Source: Christensenellales bacterium (lineage in GTDB: Bacteria; Bacillota; Clostridia; Christensenellales; CAG-138). From it: a stretch of 64,000 bases of DNA. The notes below the pieces were generated by a model, which was not told the origin of the DNA, searched no databases, and worked only from the letters and a program-made list of their open reading frames with translations. Where the stretch lies: positions 64,022-128,021 of the forward strand of contig JBGULC010000008.1 of the NCBI GenBank assembly GCA_045114775.1, in the 5' to 3' direction. The translations under genes were made by a program, and so were the position numbers. Positions 9,185 through 18,895 of the stretch are shown piece by piece (the first letter of the stretch is position 1; every line of letters starts with the position of its first letter).

Positions 9185-10118
9185 ATATAAGCTCCGAGAT
9201 TTTTTGAATCATATCCTGCTGCGACTCGATCATAGGATCCAGCCACAGCGTATTCGGATTGCGTTTGAACCACGTGATCTGTCGCTTTGCAAAATGCCGT
9301 GTATCAAGCTTGATCTTCTCGACCGCATCGAGAACGAAACAGTTTCCGCAGTACGCATCATACAGCTGCGCATATCCGATGGATTGCATGGCGCGATATC
9401 TATTCGGCGTGAATCCCCGATCGAACAGCGCATACGCTTCTTCCAGCAATCCGTCGCGCATCATCTGATCGACACGGCGGTCGATCCGTGCATACAGTGT
9501 CTTTCGATCCGTATTCAATCCGACACGTATCACCCGATACGTACCGTCCTCCGTCTGTGCTGTTTCGAAAGACCGATTCAATTCGGAAAACAGTTTTCCT
9601 GTAATCCTGAATACCTCAAGCGCGCGAACGATGCGTTTCTTATCATTGGGATGCAACCGTTCAGCAGAAGCGGGATCTGCCGCTTTCAGCGCTTCAAATA
9701 CGGCGTTTCTGTCCAAATCATAGTCTTTCTCGATCGACGCCCTTAAAACCGGATCCGAAGGCGCTGAGAAGCGCATATCGGCAAATACGGAGTCAAGGTA
9801 AAGGCCGCTGCCTCCGACGACGATCGGCAGCTTTCCGCGTGATACGATCCCGTCGATCGCTTCTCTTGCAAGGTCCCTAAAGACAGAGACCGTGAACGCT
9901 TCGTCGGTGATTTGGGCGCAATCGACCATGTGATGCGGAACACCTTTTCGTTCCGCAACAGTCGGTTTTGCAGAACCGATATTCAGTTCTTTATAAACCG
10001 CAACGGCATCTGCGGATACGATCTCTCCGGAATACGCCAGCGCGAGATCAACCGACAACGCGGTTTTACCGCAGGCCGTGGGTCCGACGATACATACGAC
10101 GGTCGGTTTGCCGCTCAT
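9171..10118 (-). CDS. miaA: tRNA dimethylallyltransferase
   Basis: P-loop is VGPTACGKTALS. The start is trimmed to MSGKPTVV, whose ATG overlaps the mutL stop (ATGA). The longer 370-aa ORF would run into mutL. Confidence 0.9.
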   Translation of the reverse strand: MSGKPTVVCIVGPTACGKTALSVDLALAYSGEIVSADAVAVYKELNIGSAKPTVAERKGVPHHMVDCAQITDEAFTVSVFRDLAREAIDGIVSRGKLPIVVGGSGLYLDSVFADMRFSAPSDPVLRASIEKDYDLDRNAVFEALKAADPASAERLHPNDKKRIVRALEVFRITGKLFSELNRSFETAQTEDGTYRVIRVGLNTDRKTLYARIDRRVDQMMRDGLLEEAYALFDRGFTPNRYRAMQSIGYAQLYDAYCGNCFVLDAVEKIKLDTRHFAKRQITWFKRNPNTLWLDPMIESQQDMIQKISELIYGNQ

Positions 10119-11947
10119 ACGATCCTGCGGAACATCTTTTCCAGCTCCGTCTGCGTGATGCGAACGATGACAGGTCTTCCGTGCGGACAGGTCAGCGGCA
10201 CATCGCCTTTCATAAACGAATCCAGAAGCGATGCGATCTCTTCGCGCTCGATCGTCTCCCCGCCTTTTACGGCATGCTTGCAAGCGGACTGCATCATGCG
10301 TTCCTTCAGCAGCGTCTCCGGAATGCTCTTTCCGTTTTCGCCAAGAAGCTGCAGCACAGCATGCAGAAACGATTCGTTCAAAAGCTGTCCGTTCAGACCG
10401 GGAACATCGGTCAGGGTCAGCTCAACAGCGCCGGATCTGGTCAGCCCGAATCCGAGCTCCGTAAACGTTGATTGATTCGATTCCCACAGAGACATCTCAG
10501 ACGGCGTAAGCTTCACTTCTCTTGCGACAAGCAAAGGCTGAGACGTCAGCTCGATCCTGCGGGCAGTCAGGTCGTCATACAGTTTTCGCTCATGCGCCGC
10601 ATGCTGATCTATGAGGAACATGGTCGTTCCGCGCGTTACGATCCAGTAGGTACGAAATACGCAGCCGATCACCTCGAACGGTTCATCGGAAAACAACGGG
10701 GCCGCGGGTTCGGATGCGATTCTTTCCTGCTTCTGCGCTGTATGCACCGTAAAGCTCGGGACCGTTCCGATACTGCTTTTCTCGCGGAATGTATTGAAAT
10801 TGCTTTCCCGATAAGCGTACGCTTTATCTTTTGCGGCATAATCACGGAAATCGAACGCAGGCTTTTGCGTTCCCGTCCGTATGTCGGATTCCGTCGCGGG
10901 CGTCTGGATCGCGGGCTGCTTCGGAAGGACGTTGTCGAATGCGGCTTCCACATGTTTTTCACTTGCGCCGAGCGCAAGCTTTGCCGCCGCCGAAACCGAT
11001 GTGAAGACACGATTCTCGTCTGCGAACCGTACCTCCGCCTTTGTCGGATGCACGTTGACGTCGACCTCCTGAGGCGCAAGCGCAAGGTTCAGCACGAAAA
11101 ACGGGAATCTGCCGATCATCAGCCTTGTATCGTACGCCTGCGCAACCGCCGCCGATACAGGGATCGACCGAATCGAACGCCCGTTGATAAACAGCGTCTG
11201 ATGTGCGCGATTGTTTCGAGCGATCTCAGGGAGACCAAGATAACCCGTGATCTTCATGTAGCCGCTGTCATATTCCACCGGAACGAGCTTCGTCGCTACA
11301 TTCGGTCCGTACACGCAGTAAACGGCATTATACAGATCTCCATCGCCGTATGTCTCGTAAACCGTCTTTCCGTCGGCTTCATAGCGAAATGAGATCTCGG
11401 GCCGTGCGAGGATCATTTTGCCGATATAGTCGCCGATATACCCGGCTTCCGTACGCGCGGATTTCAGGAATTTCAGTCGTGCAGGTACAGAAGCAAAGAG
11501 CTCTTCGACCGTAAATGTCGTACCGTAGACACAGGGCGCGTCCTCCTCGCTGATAACGGTTCCGTTTTCGATCAGCAGCCTGGTCCCGACTTCTGCATCC
11601 TTCGGACGCGTCGTCATCGTAACGCGCGCAACCGAAGCGATCGAAGCGAGCGCTTCGCCGCGGAATCCGAGCGTCAGGATATGAGTCAGATCCTCGGCAG
11701 AAGCGATCTTGCTGGTAGCATGGCGCAGGAAAGCGTTTTTACAGTCTTCTCTTGCGATCCCGCAGCCGTTGTCGATCACGGTGATGGAACGCATGCCGCC
11801 GTTTTCGATACGGACCGTTACGGCAGTCGCGCCGGCGTCGACCGCGTTTTCAACAAGCTCCTTCACGACTGACGAGGGCCGTTCGACGACTTCACCTGCG
11901 GCGATCTGATTGGCGACCTGCGGTTTTAAAACATGAATGATCGACAT
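10115..11947 (-). CDS. mutL: DNA mismatch repair protein MutL
   Basis: GHKL ATPase N-terminus: IAAGEVVERPSSVVKELVENAVDAGA, DNGCGI, LGFRGEAL. C-terminal dimerisation/endonuclease region: DQHAAHER. Confidence 0.95.
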   Translation of the reverse strand: MSIIHVLKPQVANQIAAGEVVERPSSVVKELVENAVDAGATAVTVRIENGGMRSITVIDNGCGIAREDCKNAFLRHATSKIASAEDLTHILTLGFRGEALASIASVARVTMTTRPKDAEVGTRLLIENGTVISEEDAPCVYGTTFTVEELFASVPARLKFLKSARTEAGYIGDYIGKMILARPEISFRYEADGKTVYETYGDGDLYNAVYCVYGPNVATKLVPVEYDSGYMKITGYLGLPEIARNNRAHQTLFINGRSIRSIPVSAAVAQAYDTRLMIGRFPFFVLNLALAPQEVDVNVHPTKAEVRFADENRVFTSVSAAAKLALGASEKHVEAAFDNVLPKQPAIQTPATESDIRTGTQKPAFDFRDYAAKDKAYAYRESNFNTFREKSSIGTVPSFTVHTAQKQERIASEPAAPLFSDEPFEVIGCVFRTYWIVTRGTTMFLIDQHAAHERKLYDDLTARRIELTSQPLLVAREVKLTPSEMSLWESNQSTFTELGFGLTRSGAVELTLTDVPGLNGQLLNESFLHAVLQLLGENGKSIPETLLKERMMQSACKHAVKGGETIEREEIASLLDSFMKGDVPLTCPHGRPVIVRITQTELEKMFRRIV

Positions 11948-11950
11948 AGG

Positions 11951-14545
11951 TTATTCTCCTTTCAGCGCATCCAGATAAGAATGCAGCTTCATAAACGCTT
12001 CGATCGGCGTCATACGATCAAGATCCAGCTTTTCGAGATCGTTCAAAATGGATTGCCGTACCTTCGATTCCAACGAGGACTCCGGCACGGAAGCCTCTTT
12101 CGGATCCCGTACCAGCAGATCGGACTGCTCAAGTTCCTTCAGAATTTCTTTCGCGCGAGACAGCACCGATTCGGGAAGTCCGGCAAGCTTTGCAACCTGA
12201 ATGCCGAAGCTCTTGTCCGCGCTGCCTCTGACGATCTTTCGAAGGAAAAGAACGTCGTCGCCGATCTCCTTGACCGTGATCCGATAGTTCACAACGCCCT
12301 CAAGCTTTCCTTCGAGTTCGGTAAGTTCGTGGTAATGCGTAGCGAACAGCGTTTTGGCGCCGCAAAGGATCGGATTTGCGATATGCTCAAGGACCGACCA
12401 CGCAATGGAAAGCCCGTCGAATGTGCTCGTCCCTCTGCCGATCTCGTCGAGGATCAAAAGGCTGTTCTTTGTCGCATTGTTGATGATGTTTGCCATCTCG
12501 CTCATTTCGACCATGAACGTGCTCTGTCCGCTCGCAAGATCGTCGCTTGCGCCGATGCGCGTAAAGATGCGGTCAACGATCCCAATCTCCGTCTCGTCCG
12601 CGGGAACGAACGAGCCGATATGCGCCATCAGCGTGATCAGCGCAACCTGACGCATATAGGTCGATTTACCGGCCATGTTCGGTCCTGTCACGATGAGCAG
12701 ACGGTTTTTATCAAGGTCAAGCTGCACGTCGTTCGGAATAAACCCGTTTTTGATAGCGCGCTCTACGATCGGATGTCTTCCGTTCACAACGCGAATGACC
12801 GGTTCGTCGGAAATCGTCGGCATCACATATCGGTTGGAGACCGCAACTTCCGCAAGCGAACGATAAACGTCAAGATTTGCAAGCAGCGCTGCATCCTGCT
12901 GCAGCCGTTCGGTGCAGGCAAGAAGCGCTTCCCGCACCCCGCGGAACAGTTCCGTTTCCAGCTCAAGAAGCCGGTCTGACGCATTCAGGATCTTCTGTTC
13001 CAGTTCTTTGAGCTCCGGCGTAATGTACCGTTCCGCATTTGCAAGCGTTTGCTTGCGTTCATAATAATACGGCACATTCTGCGTGAAAGATTTCGTGACC
13101 TCGATATAATAACCGAATACGCGGTTAAAGCCGATCCGAAGCGTTTTTATCCCCGTTGCTTCCCGTTCCCGTGCGGCGATCTGATCGAGCGTCGTCTGAC
13201 TGTCGCCGGAGATTGCTCGAAGCTCGTCCACCTCGGCGTTATAGCCCTTTCGGATCAAACCGCCGTCCTTGATGTTGATCGGAGGATTCGGATCGATTGC
13301 CGCGTCGATCAGCCCGATCACGTCGTCCATCGGATCCAGATTGCGAACGATATGATCGATCGCCTCGGCAGGGATCCCGCACAGAAGCATTGTGATCGGC
13401 GTGATCTGCCGAAGGGAGTTCATCAGTGCAATGCAGTCGCGTCCGTTGATCGTGCCGTACGCGATCTTGCTTGTCAAACGCTCGATATCATAGACGGAAT
13501 CGAGGTATTCGCCGAGCATCTTCCGTGTGCGGAGATCCTTCACAAACGTATCGACCGCCTGCAGCCGGTAAACGATCTCGTTCTTCTTTTGAAGCGGACA
13601 GTCGATCCAGTTACGAAGAAGCCGAGCGCCCATGCTCGTTTTAGTCGCGTCAAGAAGATACAGAAGCGTGCTCTTTCTGCTCCCGTTGAACTGCAGCGGC
13701 TGTGTCAGCTCCAGATTTCTTCGGGTGGAGGCGTCAAGCTGCATGAACGCAGAACGATTCAGAAGCCGGATCGTATGGATATGGGACAGTGTGTTTTTCT
13801 GCGTGTCTTCCAAATACGACAGCAATGCGCCGGACGCGCCGATCGCAAGCGGTTTTCCTTCCAGGCCGAAGCCCTTGAGCGAGGCGATGGAAAAATGCTG
13901 TTTCAGGCGTTTCTCCGCCTGATCGGGATGATACCGAACGTTTGCAAGCTTTTCAAGGTAATATCCCGAACGGATCTTTTTTGTCAGAAAATCCTGTTCG
14001 AATAGCTGTTCGTTTGCAACGACCTCGGAAGGCGAAAGTCTTGTCAATTCGTCGAACAAAACGGCGGAAGCATCCGAGCCGTAAACCTCGCAGGTATAGA
14101 ACGCGCCGGTCGATACGTCGGCGTATGCATAGCCGATCCCGTTCTGCGAATAGTTCAGCGCAAGGATATAGTTGTTTTTTGAACCGTCGAGCATCTTCTC
14201 CTCGATCACGGTTCCCGGCGTAATCACGCGTGTGACGGATCGGGTCACAAGGCCCTTTGCAAGTGCCGGATCCTCCATCTGTTCGCAGATCGCGACCTTA
14301 TGTCCCTGCGAGATCATCTTGTTTACGTACGTATCGACGGCATGATACGGAACGCCGCACATCGGCGCGCGTTCGTCAAGACCGCAGTCGCGTCCGGTCA
14401 GCGTGAGTTCGAGGATCTTCGATCCTTCGATCGCGTCGTCGAAGAACATCTCGTAAAAGTCGCCGAGACGGTAGAAAAGGAAACAGTCGGGATACTGCTG
14501 CTTCACTTCCATATATTGGCGCATCATAGGCGTCAATTCGCTCAT
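11951..14545 (-). CDS. mutS: DNA mismatch repair protein MutS
   Basis: N-terminus TPMMRQYMEVKQQYPD, Walker A GPNMAGKST, and STFMVEM. The start is set at MSELTPMM, whose ATG overlaps the stop of the upstream gene. Confidence 0.95.
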   Translation of the reverse strand: MSELTPMMRQYMEVKQQYPDCFLFYRLGDFYEMFFDDAIEGSKILELTLTGRDCGLDERAPMCGVPYHAVDTYVNKMISQGHKVAICEQMEDPALAKGLVTRSVTRVITPGTVIEEKMLDGSKNNYILALNYSQNGIGYAYADVSTGAFYTCEVYGSDASAVLFDELTRLSPSEVVANEQLFEQDFLTKKIRSGYYLEKLANVRYHPDQAEKRLKQHFSIASLKGFGLEGKPLAIGASGALLSYLEDTQKNTLSHIHTIRLLNRSAFMQLDASTRRNLELTQPLQFNGSRKSTLLYLLDATKTSMGARLLRNWIDCPLQKKNEIVYRLQAVDTFVKDLRTRKMLGEYLDSVYDIERLTSKIAYGTINGRDCIALMNSLRQITPITMLLCGIPAEAIDHIVRNLDPMDDVIGLIDAAIDPNPPINIKDGGLIRKGYNAEVDELRAISGDSQTTLDQIAAREREATGIKTLRIGFNRVFGYYIEVTKSFTQNVPYYYERKQTLANAERYITPELKELEQKILNASDRLLELETELFRGVREALLACTERLQQDAALLANLDVYRSLAEVAVSNRYVMPTISDEPVIRVVNGRHPIVERAIKNGFIPNDVQLDLDKNRLLIVTGPNMAGKSTYMRQVALITLMAHIGSFVPADETEIGIVDRIFTRIGASDDLASGQSTFMVEMSEMANIINNATKNSLLILDEIGRGTSTFDGLSIAWSVLEHIANPILCGAKTLFATHYHELTELEGKLEGVVNYRITVKEIGDDVLFLRKIVRGSADKSFGIQVAKLAGLPESVLSRAKEILKELEQSDLLVRDPKEASVPESSLESKVRQSILNDLEKLDLDRMTPIEAFMKLHSYLDALKGE

Positions 14546-14874
14546 TTTTTCTCCTCCCCGGAGTCGCATTTGCTCTTGCAGGTGCTGCAGTTGCAGTCGC
14601 ACGGCATGGACATGATCGCCTTTTCACGCAGCGCGCGGTCAAGCGCATCCTTCGCAGCCGTAAACGAACGATACAGCGGATTTCTCGAAATCTGCTCCGA
14701 CATATACTCGACGTCGTTTGTAAGCCGGATCGCTTCCTGCGCATCGTAATCCGGATCCTGAATCAGATCCATCAGCTGTTTTGTTTCGCTCTGGTACGTA
14801 TCAATCAGTTCCATCAAAGCCTTGTCCGCCTTGACCTTTTCGCTGAGCTCCAGATATGTTTTCAATTCATGCAT
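14542..14874 (-). CDS. YmcA/YlbF-family (RicA-like) protein with a Cys-rich C-terminal tail
   Basis: This 110-aa helical protein sits exactly where B. subtilis ymcA (ricA) lies, between miaB (ymcB) and mutS. The tail reads CDCNCSTCKSKC. It overlaps both neighbours. Confidence 0.6.
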   Translation of the reverse strand: MHELKTYLELSEKVKADKALMELIDTYQSETKQLMDLIQDPDYDAQEAIRLTNDVEYMSEQISRNPLYRSFTAAKDALDRALREKAIMSMPCDCNCSTCKSKCDSGEEKK

Positions 14875-16276
14875 CGATCATTTCCCCCAATAAAGAATTC
14901 TTATTTGTTTTTGTTACTCTTACGTTGACGTATCGGTTCATAAACTCCGGCTTTCCGGGAAAGTATACCATCTTGAAGTTCTGATACTTGCCGTACAGCA
15001 TGGTTTCGTCTCCGCGGCAGTCGCAGCCTTCCACAAGCACCTCTCCGATATGTCCGATGTATTTTGCATTGTTTTCAACCGTTTTCTTTGCCTGCAGCTC
15101 GTTTAATTCCCGAAGCCTTCGTTTTTTGACGGATTCCGGGACCTGATCCTCCATTTTGGCGGCAGCGGTCCCCTGCCTCGGAGAATACGCAAACGTAAAT
15201 GCTGCGGCGAACCCAACCTGCTCCACAAGAGACATCGTATCCCGGAACGCTTCCTCGGATTCTCCCGGGAATCCGACGATGATATCGGTCGTAAACTCGA
15301 TATCCGAAACGAGCGATCGCAGTTTTTCGATGATCGAAAGATACTGCTCCCGCGTATATTTCCGGTTCATGCGTTTCAGGATCTCCGTATTGCCGGACTG
15401 TACCGGCAGATGCACGTGATGGCAAACATTCGGTAAGGACGCGATGGCCTGCATGACGTCCTCGGTCAGATCCTTCGGATGCGAGGACATGAACCGGATC
15501 CGCTTCAATCCCGGAACGTCGGACACATACCGAAGAAGATCTGCAAACGTCATTCCGGTCGATCCGTCGTTTCCGTAAGAATTGACGTTCTGACCGAGCA
15601 GCGTGATCTCAGTAATACCGCTTTTCACAAGAGACACGATCTCGCTGCGAACATCTTCCGGCTTTCGGGAACGTTCACGTCCGCGCACATAAGGTACGAT
15701 GCAGTAGGAACAGAAATTGTCGCAGCCGTACATGATATTGACGAACGCGCTTCTGGGATTGTCCCGTAATTTGGGAAGGTCCTCCGCGATCGCATCTTCC
15801 GCGCGGTCGGTGACGGCGATCCTTTCTCCGCTCATTACGGCTTTCAGCATCTCCGGGAACCGGTACAGTACGTTCGTACCGAAAATCAGACTGACATGCG
15901 GAAACCGCTTCAAAAGCTTTTTCGCCATGCCCTCCTGCTGCATCATGCACCCGCAGATTCCGATGATCATTCCGGGCTTTGCATCTTTCAGTTCCTTCAG
16001 CGCGCCGATATTGCCCATCAGTCGTTTTTCGGCATGGTCACGCACGCAGCAGGTATTGAAAAGGATCAGATCGGATTGTTCTTTATCGGATGCTTCCGAG
16101 TACCCCATTTCGTAAAGCCAGCCCTTCAGCGTTTCGCTGTCGCGGACGTTCATCTGGCAGCCGAACGTTTCAACAAAAAAACGCAGTCCTCTCGGTTCGA
16201 TCTCTTTTGAAAGCGTTTCTGCGATCTTATGCTGAGCGGCAAGTTCGGTTTCAGGGATGTAATGAATCGACTTCAT
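14867..16276 (-). CDS. miaB: tRNA-i6A37 methylthiotransferase
   Basis: UPF0004 region reads FFVETFGCQMN. The radical-SAM motif is CDNFCSYC, followed by a TRAM C-terminus. The start is set at MKSIHY, behind a GGAG RBS. Confidence 0.9.
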   Translation of the reverse strand: MKSIHYIPETELAAQHKIAETLSKEIEPRGLRFFVETFGCQMNVRDSETLKGWLYEMGYSEASDKEQSDLILFNTCCVRDHAEKRLMGNIGALKELKDAKPGMIIGICGCMMQQEGMAKKLLKRFPHVSLIFGTNVLYRFPEMLKAVMSGERIAVTDRAEDAIAEDLPKLRDNPRSAFVNIMYGCDNFCSYCIVPYVRGRERSRKPEDVRSEIVSLVKSGITEITLLGQNVNSYGNDGSTGMTFADLLRYVSDVPGLKRIRFMSSHPKDLTEDVMQAIASLPNVCHHVHLPVQSGNTEILKRMNRKYTREQYLSIIEKLRSLVSDIEFTTDIIVGFPGESEEAFRDTMSLVEQVGFAAAFTFAYSPRQGTAAAKMEDQVPESVKKRRLRELNELQAKKTVENNAKYIGHIGEVLVEGCDCRGDETMLYGKYQNFKMVYFPGKPEFMNRYVNVRVTKTNKNSLLGEMIDA

Positions 16277-16303
16277 CTTTATATCTCCATAAATTTTCAT
16301 TTT

Positions 16304-16332
16304 ATTATACATCAAACAGGTGCATGATTCAA
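16304..16332 (-). promoter_or_regulatory. promoter of the miaB-ricA-mutS-mutL-miaA-ynbB block
   Basis: On the minus strand: TTGAAT (16332-16327), 17-nt spacer, TATAAT (16309-16304). Confidence 0.55.
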
Positions 16333-16428
16333 GGATTGTTTTAGAACAGCATCCCATTTTTTACCGATTATAATTGTGCGAACTTTGCAGAAATTAAGCA
16401 TGACAAATCCAGCAAGGAGGTGAAAAAC

Positions 16429-16629
16429 ATGGCACGCAATAACAATTCCGGCAATACGTCCAATGAATCCAAGAGCAAGCTGCAGTCGTTCAAGAGCGAA
16501 GTCGCTTCTTCCCTGAATATCGATCTGAAGCAGGGTTACAACGGCGATCTGACCTCCCGCGAGGCAGGCAGCATCGGCGGCGAAATGGTCAAGCGTATGA
16601 TCGCTTATGCCGAAAAGAATCTTCACTGA
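16429..16629 (+). CDS. alpha/beta-type small acid-soluble spore protein
   Basis: SASP signature: KSEVASSLNIDLKQGYNGDLTSREAGSIGGEMVKRMI. A GGAGG RBS lies 8 nt before the ATG at 16429. Confidence 0.9.
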   Translation: MARNNNSGNTSNESKSKLQSFKSEVASSLNIDLKQGYNGDLTSREAGSIGGEMVKRMIAYAEKNLH

Positions 16630-16649
16630 ACAGAAAGGAGTTAAGATAC

Positions 16650-16862
16650 ATGAGCAGAAACGGAGCTTTGATTCCCGAGAGCAAGCAGTCGCTGCAGAAC
16701 TTCAAATATGAAGTCGCAAGCTCTCTGAATGTGGATCTGAAACAGGGCTATAACGGCGATCTGACCTCCCGCGAAGCGGGTTCGGTCGGCGGCGAAATGG
16801 TCAAGCGTATGATTGCATACGCACAGAACAACATGAACGGGTCTTCGTCCATGATGAGATAA
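16650..16862 (+). CDS. alpha/beta-type small acid-soluble spore protein (tandem paralog)
   Basis: KYEVASSLNVDLKQGYNGDLTSREAGSVGGEMVKRMI. It starts 20 nt after the first copy and has its own AGGAG RBS. Confidence 0.9.
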   Translation: MSRNGALIPESKQSLQNFKYEVASSLNVDLKQGYNGDLTSREAGSVGGEMVKRMIAYAQNNMNGSSSMMR

Positions 16863-16880
16863 ACAAACATCCGAACAGAT

Positions 16881-16906
16881 AAAATCGCCGCAAGTACGGC
16901 GATTTT
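16881..16906. terminator. bidirectional rho-independent terminator between the SASP genes and recG
   Basis: AAAATCGCCG-caagta-CGGCGATTTT, with A/T runs on both sides. Confidence 0.8.
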
Positions 16907-16907
16907 A

Positions 16908-18893
16908 TCAATTATGGGAAATCGTTTCCAGCTTTTGATATCGCTTTCGAGCTTCCGCAAGAAGGAGATTGTGCTGCACGTTCGGAAGCGCATATATTTC
17001 GTCGGCGGCGGCTGCAGCCTTTTCGATGATTTCAACCGTGCCGCCGGACAGGATCCCGTTGATCTCGCCGTCTCCGCTTTGTCTCACGCCGAACAGATCT
17101 CCGCTTCCGCGCATGTCAAGGTCGCGCTGTGCAATGGTAAAGCCGTCGTTGGTCTCGATCATCGCTTCGATCCGTGATCTTGCCGACTCCCCCGCTTTTT
17201 TCGCAAGTAAATAGCAATATGATTGTTCCTGCCCGCGTCCGACTCTGCCGCGAAGCTGATGCAGGGTAGCCAGCCCGAAATGATCCGCTCCTTCGATCAC
17301 CATCGACGCAGCCTCCGGAACATCGACGCCGACCTCGATCACCGTCGTTGCAATCAGGATCGAAAGCTTCCCGCTTCGAAAATCCTCCATGATCGCAGTC
17401 TTTTCACGCTCGTGCATTTGCCCGTGGAGCGATCCGACCGGAGTATCCGGAATCCATTCCTTGATCTCACGAGAAAGCTCTTCCAAAGAGAGTCCCTCGT
17501 ATCCTTCCGTAGGTTCGATCAGCGGGCAGACCACGTATGCGCGCTCGCCTTTTTCGGCACGGGAAGCAAGATGCAAATACAGATCCTTTCTTCGGCTTTG
17601 CGGAACAAACAACGTCTTGATCGGTTTTCTTCCGGGCGGCAATTCATCTATCACGGTCAGATCGAGATCCGCGTATAAAAGCAGCGCCAGCGTTCGCGGA
17701 ATCGGCGTCGCAGACATGACAAGTACATCCGGTCGGATCCCCTTTGCCTCCATAGCTGCGCGCTGCATCACGCCGAAACGATGCTGTTCATCCGTTACGA
17801 CAAGTCCGAGATCCCTGAACTTTACCGATTCGGAAAGCAGCGCGTGCGTGCCCGCGATCGTCCGCGTCTCGCCCACGGCAATGCGGCGCAGCGCTTCGGT
17901 TTTCTCTTTCTGCGTCATACTGCCGACGAAAAGCTGAACATCCGGGAACTGACGTTTCAGCGTTTCATAATGCTGTCTTGCAAGGATCTCCGTCGGCGCA
18001 AGGAGGACGCCCTGTTTCCCGTTCTGCGCAGCCACCGTCAGCGCAAACTCGGCAATCAACGTTTTTCCGGAGCCGACGTCGCCCTGGATCAACCGGTTCA
18101 TCGGTCGATCCGAACGCATATCCTTTTCAACGTCTCGCATGGCACGGATCTGCGACGCGGTCGGAACAAACGAAATCTTGTGAAGGAACCGTTCAAAGAT
18201 ATGATCCGTGCGGAACGTAAATCCGTTTTTGCGGTTACGGTCATCGGAAAAGGATCGGATCGCGGTTAAGTACAGCACCGTTTCCTCGAAAGAAAGCCGC
18301 TTTTTTGCCTTGGCAAGCGTCTGTGTCGACACAGGAAAATGTGCGTTCCGAACAGCTTCGGTGTAACCGATCAGATCATACTTTTGCAGCCAATCAACAG
18401 GAAGAATGTCTTGCAGCTTACATTGCCCGAGAATCTCATTTACAGCTTCGCGGATCACGGTCTGTGTCAAGCCTTTTACCGACGGATAGATCGGAACGAT
18501 ACCGCCGTTTTCCCGGTTGATCTGCGGATTATAAAGCACAACGCCGCGTTTTTTGGAAACGAGACCGTTTGCGAGAAATCTCTCGCCGGTATGAAACTGA
18601 TTCAAACGATAGGGTTGATTCATCCAACGCAGAGTCGCCTTTCCGGTAGCATCTGCCACGCGTAAGGACACGATATATTTGCCTTTGTTGTAAAAGATCG
18701 TCGGCTCCGCAAGCGCCGTCACGCGGATCGACGCACGATCACCGTCCGATAATGCGTGGATTTCCGTCGCTTGCGTATAATCAAGATACTCCCGCGGATA
18801 AAACCGCAGCAGTTCTTCCGGCGTACGGATATTCAACTGTGCAAGGAGAGCAAGGCGTTTCGGCCCAAGTCCTTTGATATCCTTCAGTTCCAT
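16908..18893 (-). CDS. recG: ATP-dependent DNA helicase RecG
   Basis: Walker A GDVGSGKT, DEQHRFG, and helicase C motifs. The start is set at MELKDIKGLGPKRL. The longer ORF runs through the upstream hairpin and into yloV. Confidence 0.9.
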   Translation of the reverse strand: MELKDIKGLGPKRLALLAQLNIRTPEELLRFYPREYLDYTQATEIHALSDGDRASIRVTALAEPTIFYNKGKYIVSLRVADATGKATLRWMNQPYRLNQFHTGERFLANGLVSKKRGVVLYNPQINRENGGIVPIYPSVKGLTQTVIREAVNEILGQCKLQDILPVDWLQKYDLIGYTEAVRNAHFPVSTQTLAKAKKRLSFEETVLYLTAIRSFSDDRNRKNGFTFRTDHIFERFLHKISFVPTASQIRAMRDVEKDMRSDRPMNRLIQGDVGSGKTLIAEFALTVAAQNGKQGVLLAPTEILARQHYETLKRQFPDVQLFVGSMTQKEKTEALRRIAVGETRTIAGTHALLSESVKFRDLGLVVTDEQHRFGVMQRAAMEAKGIRPDVLVMSATPIPRTLALLLYADLDLTVIDELPPGRKPIKTLFVPQSRRKDLYLHLASRAEKGERAYVVCPLIEPTEGYEGLSLEELSREIKEWIPDTPVGSLHGQMHEREKTAIMEDFRSGKLSILIATTVIEVGVDVPEAASMVIEGADHFGLATLHQLRGRVGRGQEQSYCYLLAKKAGESARSRIEAMIETNDGFTIAQRDLDMRGSGDLFGVRQSGDGEINGILSGGTVEIIEKAAAAADEIYALPNVQHNLLLAEARKRYQKLETISHN

Positions 18894-18895
18894 GC

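Noticed and set aside
9171-10283. Long N-terminal extensions in the ORF track, for example miaA at 370 aa, recG at 710 aa, mutS at 883 aa, pyrR at 279 aa and rlmN at 381 aa.
   Set aside because: The extensions overlap upstream genes or regulatory hairpins, lack RBSs and are Arg-rich nonsense. Internal starts with an RBS or ATGA coupling give canonical N-termini.
16333-16428. A forespore sigma-G/sigma-F promoter upstream of the tandem SASP genes.
   Set aside because: A promoter is expected biologically, but the best candidates are only partial matches to GHATR-N17/18-CATNNTA: GAACA-N18-GATTATA, or GTGCG-N18-CATGACA. I cannot support a call.
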